Source: Geosiphon pyriformis uo1
Lineage: Eukaryota > Fungi > Glomeromycota
Direction of reading: 5' to 3'
DNA: 64,000 nucleotides
Assembly: GCA_016748015.1 (NCBI GenBank)
Contig: JAAOMT010000304.1
Location: 1 to 64,000 of the forward strand
Shown here piece after piece: positions 11,126 through 23,400 of this stretch. The notes beneath the pieces are model-generated. The model saw nothing but the letters and a program-made list of their open reading frames with translations. It searched no databases and had not been told where the DNA came from. How positions within the stretch are numbered: position 1 is the first letter of the stretch; each line of letters starts with the position of its first letter. Both the position numbers and the translations under genes were made by a program.

Positions 11126-12249
11126 TTTTTTTGAAAGGTCAAAGAGTGTAATATATTGTTCTGTATTTGAATTGGAGTTTGAATCTTTGTTGTTATTATT
11201 GCCATTTTGAATAGAGCTGAAACTATTATTATTATTGTTATTATTAGAGTTTAAATTAGGATTGAACTTCAATTCCAATTTTGTTGTGCACTTACCAATT
11301 GGCTCTTTTTTTTAGAAATTGAATAGATTATTTGTGATGGTAGATTGTAAACAATATTACAATTATTACAATATTCAAAGTTACTAAGAATTAGACAATG
11401 TCTACATAGTTTTGTGTTTAGCTGTTCCAAATGCTGTTCTTGTTTTTTTTTGGTGGGCACTAGGCTTTGGTAATGTTCATAGAATTTTTTTGGGCCTGTT
11501 TTAATATTAAAAAATGTGTTAGAGTTAGAAATAAAAATGATGTCAACTGGTTTCAGTAAGTTGTTTTTTATTTCCAGGATTTCACTGGGCAAAATGTCTT
11601 CAACTTTGGCTTTCACCATCCTCCAGATCTTGTTTTCATCATGTAAATAACTGTCTAAGTATAACAAAGCTCAGTTTTATGTGGTATTGAAAGACATTTC
11701 ATGACTCACCCAGTCATTTATAAGAATCATGTATTAACATAATGTGTCACATGTTTCTCTTTGTTCAAAAATGTTATTTCATATTTCTTTGTCAAGTAAC
11801 TGTTCTTTACAAATAAAACATGATTTATTGTCTTACTTATCTTGTCATTTTGGATAATTATATTGTTTTTGGTAACACAGCTTACAGTAATAATGAGTGC
11901 ATGTTCAATAGTCTTTATCAGATACAATCTAAGCTCCTATAAATAACAGCTTTTTCTTGCAGTTTTTATATTTCAATAATATATATGGGGGTTTTAGTCT
12001 AGTGTCAGTTAAGTAGAATTTTTTCCAGTTACTAGTGGTTTCACTGCTAATGGTGTTTTTTTGTGGCTTGTTTTCTTTTTTTTTTCTCTTATTATTCCAA
12101 GAGAGTATTGGTGGTAATTTGTTGTAATTAGTTTCAGTCTATAAGACTTTATAGGCTTTTTAGATAAGTTTTTTCTCTTTTTTCTCAAATTCTATTAATG
12201 ATACTAATAGAGTGGTAGTCTTGAAGTAACTGCAAGTGGCTGGTACTTG

Positions 12250-12590
12250 AGTGTGTTAGCTATTTTGACTAAGTTGTAGCTCTTGGGTGTTTTAGTCGAG
12301 CACAGCATTGGTTTTGGTCAACCAGTTATTACCAACAAGAGCTTAGTATTGCATGGCTTTTATAATAAGAACCTTTATGGACATAATTATGCCACTGACT
12401 TTAAATAAAAAGTCATCAATCTTACCAATAGGCATTTTTATTGTTCTATTGGCAGTAATAATTTTGGCACTGACAGCATAATCAATTCAGTGACTTAATT
12501 GGTCTATGAGTTGTTATGTAATAATGCTCTCTGTTTAGAATCAGTTTGATGGACTGACCATTTACTTTAGCATTAGTGTACATTGCAGTG
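12250..12590 (-). pseudogene. Aspartic protease of B2
   Basis: KLILN(S)..II, IITANRTIKMPIGKIDDF, QALVGNNW; short deletion in the active-site loop. Confidence 0.75.
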
Positions 12591-13189
12591 ATGAGTTTTA
12601 ATTCAAAAGTGGCTTTACTGAAAAGCAGCATTTTAACTAGTTTCTCCAATTCAAAGAGAAAAATGACAGTAAGTGATTTATTTTCAGTAATAATTGTTGG
12701 AGATATGTTGTTGGTAAGAAATTGGGTTCAATTGGGTTCTTGGTTGCTGAGTTTAGCATCTTCTGAAGTAACTAAAAGACTTAAATAGTTCTGGAAATTT
12801 GGATTTTGATGATATCTAAATTCCAAACTCCACTGGTGTAATCCTGATGGCTGTTGTAAAGAGCTGAGAATTAGTTAATGCATTACTATTGCTGATTACC
12901 AGTTTTGTTGGGTATACATGATTTTTGGTCTTGGATTTCTGGCTGATATCTGAGCTAGATTTTATGGCAGTGTTGTAATAAGTTAGAGTAAATACATTAC
13001 TTGTGGCTGCAGTTAATAAATGACTGAAGCTGAGATTTAATAGATTGGAAGTATATATATTGGTTGTTGTGTCATTTATGGATAATGGAGTTGATATTAA
13101 TATGGTTCATTGGATAAATTGTTGGTATAGTTTGGAGTTTGTAATCTGCAATTGGAGTTTTGATATTGATTTTCCGATTATTAATTATT

Positions 13190-14910
13190 TATTTTGATAT
13201 GGCAGTTAACTCTAATGTGACTTTGTTTACTATAATTGTGGCAAATATGTGTCTTTTGTTGTCATAATAATTGAGTTGATGATAACATAGGACATGACTG
13301 ATTATAGTGCTAATTGTAGGTTCTGGGATTGTTACAATGTTGTAGTAATTAATAGAAGGCATAATTGTTGTTAGTTAAGTATTTTTTTAATTTCTGTTTA
13401 ATTAAATCATTAAGTTGTTTCAATTTGGAATCCAATTCAGATAATTCATTTATCACTAGATTAATGGTTTGGATATGGTTAGCTTTGAGTTCAACTGATT
13501 TGAAATCTTAGGCATTGGTAACTGTATTTGAAAGCATTTGTGGGTACATTAGATATATATACTGGAGGATACTACTGCATAGTTCACAAATGAATTGGTT
13601 TAGAATTTGTAGTGCTGTAAAGTAATTTATGTCTATTGCTTGTATTTAATGCAGATTGTAATAGAAGCATTTTAAATATGTAGTGACTGCCTTAGTATCT
13701 CCTTGTTTGATGGTTGTAAAATTATTTGCTAGGTGATTGATGCTATTGTTATTGCTAAAATATTTCAAAAATTCCACTTTAAATGCATTAAAGTCTTGGG
13801 GTTTCTGAATCAAACTTTGATATCATAAATTGGCAGTATCTTAAAGAAAATATAAAATTGTCTATAATGCTCTGACATTGTTCTATCCATTAGCTGTGAT
13901 GGCTTTTTCTATATTGTTGAGCCATACTTGCATATCATCTTCTTTGCCAGTGAATTTCTTAAGTTTGGCAATTGGAACATAAGCTATTGGTGTTAGTAAT
14001 AGTTGTTATTGTTGTAGTTGTGGTTGTTATTAAAGTTACTGCTAAGTTAATAGTTATGGTTGTTGTTATTGCTATTTGGCAATTGGTAAAACTGGTGGTA
14101 AATTAATCATGATTACTGACAATAAGTTTTGAAAAATAATAGGAGAGATGTTTGGATTGTTCTGATTTTATTGAGTTGGAACAATCAGATTTCTGAATTT
14201 TTTGAAATCAGGTTTTGATAATTAAATTTCCAATCTTTATTTTCTTCTTTTTCTAATTCCATTACTTTCTAAAGACTAGCAGTTCTGAAATTTGGTTGAG
14301 GTGGTAGTGATTAAAATTCTGATGGTATTGGAGATTGTAATTTAAATCCTTCAAAATAATTACCATAGGTTTCTTATAACTCTGTTTTTTTCTGTTTACT
14401 TTGGAATAGAAGTCTGTTTAATAGAGTTGTCATGTTTGCTGTAAATACACCTGTTGATAGTATATTGATAATACTTTTAGATGTGTGATAGTAGGATTGA
14501 TTAGCTGATAAATCAACTCTCTGTTTTTTCCAAATAGATAATTGTATTTGCTTTAGAGTTCTTGCTGGTGTTTGTAGTTTTCCTTTGCTTTTTTTTGCAT
14601 AAATAATAGAAAATGTTTGTTAAGTGTGATTTTCAATTTTTTTGTTGATTTTAGTAATAATTGGTGTGAAGTTGTAGTTTAATGATAAGTTAATATATTG
14701 AATTAATTTGTTATAGAAATTTTTCTTTGCTGATTCAGTATTTACTGGTTCTTTTAGGAAATATTTAATTTTTTTGTTGATGTAAAAGTTGAATGCTAAT
14801 TCCACTAATAGTTGGTTGTTGGTTAATTCTAAGTATTAACAGTAGTATTAAAATAAGAATTTGGCAAATCCTAAATGGTTTGTTTCTCTTTTTTCTGATT
14901 TTGCCATTTT
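13190..14910 (-). pseudogene. gag: gag of B2 (capsid-like region plus CCHC knuckle)
   Basis: IAKLKKFTGKEDDMQVWLN, C-H-N-Y-S-K-Q-S-H-I-R-V-N-C knuckle relic; homologous to 45802-47440 and 62480-64000. Confidence 0.8.
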
Positions 14911-14968
14911 TGAATGGTTTTGTTGGTGCTGATTTTTTATAAGATTATACTTTACAAGGAGCACCAAA

Positions 14969-15768
14969 TGTTACAGGTAATTATTTGGAGTCTCAAATCA
15001 AATAACAAACTTGTAACTTGGTATTCATTAACTAATATTGTTGGTAATTTCTGAAAGTTTTCTTGGTCTGAAAATTTTCGTTGAGTTCTTTGTATAATAG
15101 ACAGAAATTCAAGTATTGTTTGATCTATTGTTTTCCAGAATTACAATTCTATTAATTTTTTTTTCAGCATAGTGGCTGGCAATTTTCTGATAACTTATTC
15201 TCAATTCCGAATATCTATCCTTATTCCTGGGTCTTTTACTAGTGCTATATCTTGATGTTACTAACCTACATGTTAATTTTTTTAATCAATTAGTAAATTA
15301 ACAATAAAACCAAAAGAAAAAAAAAGAAATAAAAGGAATAATGAAAATAATGAAAAGAGAAATAAAGAAATAAGCCAAGACTAGAAAAGTTAGTATTCCA
15401 TTAATAGCTGTAATCAAGAGTTATTGTTCTAGTGTAATCAAATATTAAATACTATTAACATAAATGTTGATAGTAAGAAGAGTGATTTAAATAATAAATA
15501 ATTATTTTATTGATAATGATGATTCTAATTAAAATGTTTTAATAGAGTAATCTTAATATTAATTTTGTTTCTTCTACTTTTAACATTCTTGCTATATATA
15601 CATAATTTGAATTCTACAAGATTGCTTACATTTTTTAGCAATGTGCTATAACTTTTCAAGGAATACTCTACATTATTAAACAATATGCTCATGTATTAGC
15701 TCTTATTTTCTTATTGGTCTATTTGTTTTTTTTTATTGTTTTTTTGTATGTTTTTTCTATGAGTAACA
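14969..15768 (-). repeat. 5' LTR of B2
   Basis: Followed on the minus strand by tt + TGG PBS. Confidence 0.95.
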
Positions 15769-17403
15769 ACATGACAAAAACAACAACAGAAAAATGAAAA
15801 TTCCAGATCACATCTATTCAATGGCTCAACAATTATTCTAAGCTGTAAATCAACAACAATTGGATATAGAAATTATTATCAATCACCAAACAATCTGCTA
15901 TTGGAACACAAAAAAAAGAAGAAAAATAGAAAATACACTATATTAGCAATCACTAAACTTAACAAAACAGTAGTTAAATAAAATAATAGAAAAAGAAAAA
16001 AATACTTTTGGAAAAATATCTATAATTATTTTAACAGAAGAGCTAACAAAAAAAAGTTGGAAACATTAAACAAAACAACTTTTAATATCATATTGTTACT
16101 ATTAGTTAGAACAAAAGCTAAATATTTAAGAACTATATACTAACAAATCCAATAAAATATTCAATTAAAAAATAATATAGCAAATTAAAAACTTTATTAG
16201 AAAGAAGACAAACTTATTACTTCATATTAAAACAATCTATTAGATATATACCATATTTCAAAATTATTCAAAAATACTACTACATCCAGAAATAGAAACA
16301 ATAATTATTAACCAGTAAAAAAGAATAAACAACTTACAAATAGAAGACATAAAAACCAAAGTTGAAACAAATGGTATTAGAAAAAAAAGTAATAAAATTA
16401 ATCCAAAATAAAAATTTTGACAGAGCTTAATATTAAAAAAAAATAAATAATATTACTTATAAAAAAGAGTGCAAGAAAAATAGTAAAAAAACAGATAAGA
16501 AAAATAGATCAATAAGAGAATAGTATTGAGCATGTGAATACATTGTTAATGAATTATGGCATATTGCTTAGCAATGTGAGCAATGTTAATAGATTAAAAC
16601 ACATTGCTCAGTAATATAAGCATTGCTTAAAAAATTATAGCACATTGTTTACAAATGTGTAAGATCTTATAAAACATCAATTATGTATATATAGTAAGAG
16701 TGTTAAAAGCAGAAAAGATAGAATTCACAGCTAAAACAGACAGCTAGAATTTTCAGTTAAGAACAGTTAGAAGCAGTTTAAAATCTACATTACATATTAA
16801 TAAATTATTAAATTATTACTTGAATCTATATTATCATTACTTGATTAAAAAATATTAATTATTTCTACTCTATTAATACTCTATGTTGATAGAATCTAAC
16901 ATTATATTACACTAGAACAATAGCTCTTGATTATGACTATTGACAAGATACTAATTTCTTTTTTTTTATCTTCTTTTTATTTTATCTTCTTTTATTTTAT
17001 TTTTATTTTTTTTTGGTTGTTGTTTACTAATTGATTGAACAAATAAATGCATGGGGTACTAACATCAGAATATAGCACTAATAAAAGACCCAGGAATAAG
17101 AGTAAACACTTAAAATTAAATATAGCTTACCAGAAAATACTGGCCATCAAGCTAAGAAAAAAATTGATGAAATAAATATTTTGAGAAGCTATAAACAACA
17201 ATACACACCAACTTGAAAGTTGAAGAAAAAACTAGAAACAGCACAACAAAAAATTGATATTGAATCTCTGTTCATTATACAAAAAACTCAACCAAAACTT
17301 TCAGACATCAAAACCTTTAGATATCACCAACCATATTAGTTATTGAGCACCAAGTTATAAGTTTGTTATTTATTTTAACTACCCAAATTAATTATTTGTA
17401 ACA
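15769..17403 (+). mobile_element. Gypsy B1 continued: ORF3, PPT and 3' LTR (16451-17403)
   Basis: Host sequence resumes at the ORF3 ATG (15771); LTR runs tattac...gtaaca. Confidence 0.9.
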
Positions 17404-20400
17404 GTGCTGTCTTCTTACAAAAAAATGAAGATGACAGAAAACATGCTATAGCATATGTCAGTAGAATCTTCACATTAGCAGAACAGAACTATTCAATTAT
17501 TGAACAAAAATATTTAGCAGTAGTTTAGACTACTAGTTACTGGGACCAATATTTTTTTAGTGTAAAATTCTTAGTGATAATAAATCATTAAGCTGCACAA
17601 CAAAAAAAAGCTGAAACACAAATGAATAAATCGTTAGATACTTCATCTGGATAAATTTAACTATAATATTCAATACCACAAACAAGCAAATCATCAAAAT
17701 ACTAACATTTTCTTTAGACTTATTATCTAATAATAGTACAATCTTTTAACCAAACCAATTTAATTATTAGTAACTCTCTTATAAACAAACACAATAATAG
17801 ACTTGGACAACTACTCTGCCTTAATAGAATTTTTGAGTAAAAAATAATATCTACCAAAATATCCTGGACAGCAAAAAGAATATTTGCATAAACAATCAAA
17901 TTTCTATTTGATTTGTCAGAACCAGTTATATAAAAAAACAAGAAAAATTCTGATCATCTTTAAAAAGTTATCAGATTTGAAGAAAAAGAAATTGTGATCT
18001 ACAATATGTACATTAATCCATTAACTAAACACTTTGAAAAAAAAAACAATTCAAAAAACTTTAGCTCATTATTATTGGCCTACCTTAGGAAAAAATATTG
18101 CTGAGTACATCAAAATCTGTAATATTTGCCAAAGAAGAGACAAATTCAATCGAAAAAAAGATATTTATTCAATTTCTGTTGGTCAGCTATTTGACAAAAT
18201 TGGCATAGATATTGTTGAACTTCTAATAATAACTCTTAATAGTAATAAACACATTATTACAGCTACTGACTATTTTATAAAGTAAGTAGAAACAAAAGCC
18301 ACTCCAAATCAAATAGCAGTTTTATTAGCCAATTTCATTTATGAAAATATTATCTGCTATTATGGCTGTTTTAAAGAATTTTTATTTGATAAAGGAAGAG
18401 TTTTTCTTAGTACACTGGTTGAAAAACTTTGTAGAAAAATAGAATACATTATAAACTTTTTTTTCTTTACTACCCTTAGACAAATAGCTTAGTAAAATGT
18501 TTCAATAAAATACTATGTAAAACCTTAGTTAAAATTAGTAAAGAAACAAACTTATGAAACAAAGTACTGCTTTTAGCTTTGTTTGCTTATAGAACTGTAA
18601 ATTATGACATAACAAGTTATAAACTTTTTTATCTACTCTATGAACATATGACAATACTACCAATAGAAATTAATATTAAAACAATACTTTTTGAAAAAAT
18701 CACAATAGAGAATTATAAGGACATTTTAGAAAAAAAACTTAATATCATTCTTGACTTATTGGTAGAAGCATAAATAATTGTCTTTGAAAAGATAAAACAG
18801 TTCCAAGAAAAGCTTAAGAAAAAAAAACTTATAAAACACTTTTCTTAAGTGTTAAAGACTTAATATTAGAATATTATTTAAACAGAGACAATATCTATAA
18901 TAATAAATTCTCTAGTCAATAGAAAGAACTTTTTTTAGTCAACAAAGTTTTGAACAATGGTTTTTATATTATACAAGATTTAACCTGGAACAATCTTTAA
19001 TGATTGCCTTATTCATAGTATATGATTCAAAAAATATCATAAACGACCTAATTGGTTGTCTGTTGTAATAATACCAATTCAAATGATCAGCAAAAATCAA
19101 ATATAAATAAATGCATTATTTCCAAAACAAAAGTATTTTCAATCAACATTAACAATTATTTCCTGAATTAAAACATTCAAAACATTTTTTATAATTTCCA
19201 TAAGTATTGGATCAAAAACTATTTAAATACTACTTTGACTATTGAAAAACAGACTACTATAACTAATAATAATAGAACACATATTGTTATTAGACCAAAA
19301 AAAACCATTACCAAAAAAGAAAAAATTGGTAGCAAAATGAATAAATATCTGTTAAAAAGTATAACAGCAGCTATATTTCCATCTTTCAGCACAATTGGAA
19401 AAACAATTCAAGAAATCTTGTCTATAGACAAAAACTTGTCATATAAAAAACAATTAAAATTCTATGATTACCTTGGTAAAATTATAAAAGATATAAAACT
19501 CATAAAGAAAACAACTTTAAAGATACAGAGAGAAATTTTGGATATTATATAGTTAGATGTTTTAAGAGTTTTGTCTATTGCTAAAAGAGCCAAAACTTTT
19601 ATACAAAGATTTGGTCTCTTGGATACAGAACTCATTTTGCCTTAAGTATTATATATCTTATTTACAAAAAATTTTAATAAACTAGTTAGTTTTGAACTAG
19701 ATAAAACTTTTTAAATAGATTATTTAATGAATAACTTGATTTTGCTAGAGCTTAATTTCTTTGGAGAAGATGATATTATAGTTGAAACCCATACTTTTTA
19801 TTAGTTATCACATGTATTAGCCACTAATATTATATAATTAGCCACCCTATTTTTAGATAGTAATTAATAATTTGATCATTAACCTGATTATTAATCTAAT
19901 TATTGACCTAATTATTAACTTAAACATTAATCTGGTCATTAACCACTTTTAATAACTATTTAAATAATGAATCTCTTAGCTACAAAAAGACACAATTAAA
20001 ATAATGAAATAAAACCCACTATTAATTACTTTCTTTTATATTGTTTATTTACTTTTCTTTACCTTTAAATATCTGAATATCTTAAGATAAAAAATTACTT
20101 GTTGGTATTTACATATCTTAATTTTTTTTCTTTTTTAATTTATATTGTTAAAATTAGTCTAAGAAGTGATTGTTTGCATTTGTGATTTATTGAATAAAAA
20201 AATGATTGAAAAACACAATAATATTTGTTATTAATTTTAAGATTTACATAGAATAATAGCAGCAGTGTTATTTTGTTGATAATTACAGACTATTTTTCTA
20301 CTTTCAGATTTTCAGAAAAGATTTGCAACTGTGATTTTTATAAGACTAATCATGTATATTAAATTTATATATATTCAATTTACTCTCTTATTGTAATTTT

Positions 20401-20476
20401 CTTTTTGATTATTTCTATTATTAAATAATTCTGTTTTTTTTTGCTATCTATTAGCTTGTTACTCTAATCTGTAACA
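17404..20476 (+). mobile_element. Gypsy C1 (third family): RNase H, integrase, ORF3 (~19235-19780), LTR 19774-20476; host of B1
   Basis: AVFLQKNEDDRKHAIAYVSR, AEQNYS, HYYWPTL...CNIC, GIDIVE; PPT ggagaagatga; LTR ends tgtaaca. Confidence 0.85.
19871..19944 (+). repeat. Degenerate 12-bp tandem array (tgRYcattRacc x~6) in the C1 LTR
   Basis: tgatcattaacc tgattattaatc taattattgacc taattattaact taaacattaatc tggtcattaacc. Confidence 0.7.
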
Positions 20477-23400
20477 ATATATATGTAACAAATATGTTGT
20501 AAATTGTTTTACTAATAAAACATTTAAAAAAACTGTTATTAATTCTATTCCAGTTTTTAAAAATGTAAATTTGCTTTGGGCTGGTTTTTTTTGGTTTGTT
20601 GTGTTTAATGTAAACAATTCAGTTATGTTTTTGATGCATATTCAGTAAATAGAAATTTAAGTGGTCACAATAAAAAGATGGTTAATTTTTAGATTAAATT
20701 TATTTAATGAATATATATAAAAAAAAGCAGATGCCAATTGCTTATTCAGTTTTTTTTAATAGAAAAACTTGGGCTTAAATTGCTAATAGTTTTTTTTCTT
20801 GTGTAATTTTTCTGGTCTCTCTTGGTGTTAGTTTGTCTTTAAATATTAAATTTTTTTTATTAGTGTCTGTAAAAGTAAATAATAAGTTTGCTGCTCTTAA
20901 GCACAATTTTGCTAGTCTTATAGAGCAAATTAAAAAGCTGACTAAGAAATTAGATATATTTAAACCAATGGTTTTCTAACTTAGCCCTAAATGTTAGCTG
21001 TTAGTAATTCTTTTATCACAAATTAAGAAGTAAATATAATAATAAGTAAAAATTAAATATAGCCATTAGTAGTAGAACTGTTATAGAAGCAGTATTTTTG
21101 GATTTGTTAATAATTTTTAAATTAAAGAACAGTTTGCAAAGTCTTTTAGATACAGTTTTAAATTTTATGGTTAAGGTAAACAATATTGGTTTTGGTTTAA
21201 GCATTTTTTTTTCTTAATAACTGATTTTGTGTAAAAAATTGCTATGTATAATATTAAAGATATTAATGTTTTTGCTAAACAAGCAAATATTTAATAATAT
21301 ATTAATTTAGATAATATGATTTTATTATTACAGAAACTAAATTGATGTCTAATATTAGGTCTTAAATAATAATAAGTTTAAAAAAATACAGATTTTCACA
21401 TTTGGTTTGAATAAAAGTTTTTTTGGCACTAAGATAACTATAATTATAAACAATTTTTTGGCTTGGTATGTCTTAAAAGTTAACAAAATTTCAAACTGAA
21501 TTGTTTTAGTTTGTCTTTTGTTTAAAAATAAACTCTTAATCTTGAGGTTGTATATTAGTGCCTTTTTTAAGATTAGATTTGAGCAAACATTAAAAATCAA
21601 TTTTTTTATTGTCATAACATTAATTCTAGCATTTTTGTGGTCTTAAGTAGAAATTTTAATGAAAATAAATCAAAAAGAATACAAGTTTTAAGTTTTGTTT
21701 AAATCTGGGTTTGGTTAATATATTCAATAAATATTTATTAGTCAAAACTTCTATTTAAAGCAATTTTAAGAGTGTTAAAAAGATGTTAGATTTTGTGTTT
21801 GTAAATAAAAATCTGGTATTTACTGTTATAAACCATAAGATTAATATTGTGTCAAAATTTTTTAATATAAATTACAAGGCAGTCTTAGTCTTAATTAGTT
21901 TAAGTGGTCTTTAAATGTTTATTTTAAGAGCATTTATAAGCAAGTTAATAAGAATTGATAGAAATTTAAAATAAAAAATGCAAGTAAAGCCAAATAGATA
22001 TAATTTAAGAAGTATTTTTTTAATAAATTGCTAATGGTATTAAATATGTTCAAGAAAGCAGAGTCTTAAAAGTATTAAGAGAAATTATAATACAATTTGC
22101 CAATGTAATATTTTTTAAACATTAATATAATAAATATAATTGTTCAAAAACAAACAATTGTCAAAAATTTTCAAGTTAGAAGTGTTTATTGCTAAGATTG
22201 TAAAAAAATAGAATTTTAGAAATCTGTTAAAATTTGATTGTCTTGTTAAAGTTTAGCAATTATTAATAGTATTAAAATATTTAAAAGTGCCAATATAATT
22301 CTAAATAATATAAAATTAACAAATATTATTAAATATTTGTTAATAATTAAAAAAAAGTATCAAAAATTCAAGTATAATTAATTAAAGACATCTGAAAACA
22401 CAGCTATTTAAAAAGCAATTAAATAACATATGGAAAATTTCTGTTCTAATAAGGAGCAAATGATAAAAAATATTTTGGAACAGTCTTTTTACAAAGTTGT
22501 TTTGGATTATTTGGTAGTTAAAGATGTATTAATTGTAAAGCCTAATAAAATAAAGCTTAAGATTAATAAAATCATAAAAAAATAAATAAAAAAATAGTCA
22601 GTATCTCTGAAAATACTTGAACTTTAGTTTTACTAATATATACTTTTAAATTATATTAATCATAATGTCTTTTCTGGTGTGATAAAAGAGATTAATATAA
22701 AAAAACTAGCTTTAGTAATTGATAATTTACCAAGTAATAAAACTATTGAGTTGTCAAGAATTTTAAATAAACTGTAAAAACATTATAGTGATAAAATGTT
22801 AAAATGTCTTTTAAAGTTGTTAAATTTGTGTTTAACTTTAAGTATGATTCCAGTTTCTTAAAAGAGAGCATAAGTTTTAATAATCCTCAAATTTTATAAA
22901 TAAAATAGCATTCTAATAAATATCTAATTTATTATACTAATTAAAACTGCTAAAAAAATTCTATTAAAAATTTTCTCTAATTGAATATTCTTAATGTGTA
23001 GTAAATTTAATGTTTTTTATGGCAATAACTTTTTAGTATTAAAAAATATTTCAATTTAGTCTTCTATTTTTGCTATTAGATCAGTTGTCAAAGATATACT
23101 AGAAAAGAATAAAAAACTTTGATTGGTTTTACAAGATATGTATAAAGCTTATAATTTAGTAAGATAATATTATTTAAGGACTAACTTGTAGTACATTAAG
23201 ATATGCAGTTAGTTTATTGAGTTTTTTGTCAATATATATGAGAATTAAATTAATAAAATAATAACTAACTTTAGATTTTTAGATAGTTACAAAGTACATA
23301 ATAAGTTGGATCAAAATAAAGTTTTTTCTTTTCTTCTTTGGAGAATTTTCTATAATCCACTTTTGTGTAAAGTTAAAAGACTTAAGGATTTGTGTAAATA

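Larger units (their letters stand above)
6097..15768 (-). mobile_element. Full-length Gypsy B2 (~9.7 kb)
   Basis: LTRs 14969-15768 (5') and 6097-6882 (3'); TSD atat (6093-6096) / acat (15769-15772); PBS tggtgctccttgtaa; gag-PR-Cys-dUTPase-RT-RH-IN-ORF3 order. Confidence 0.95.
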
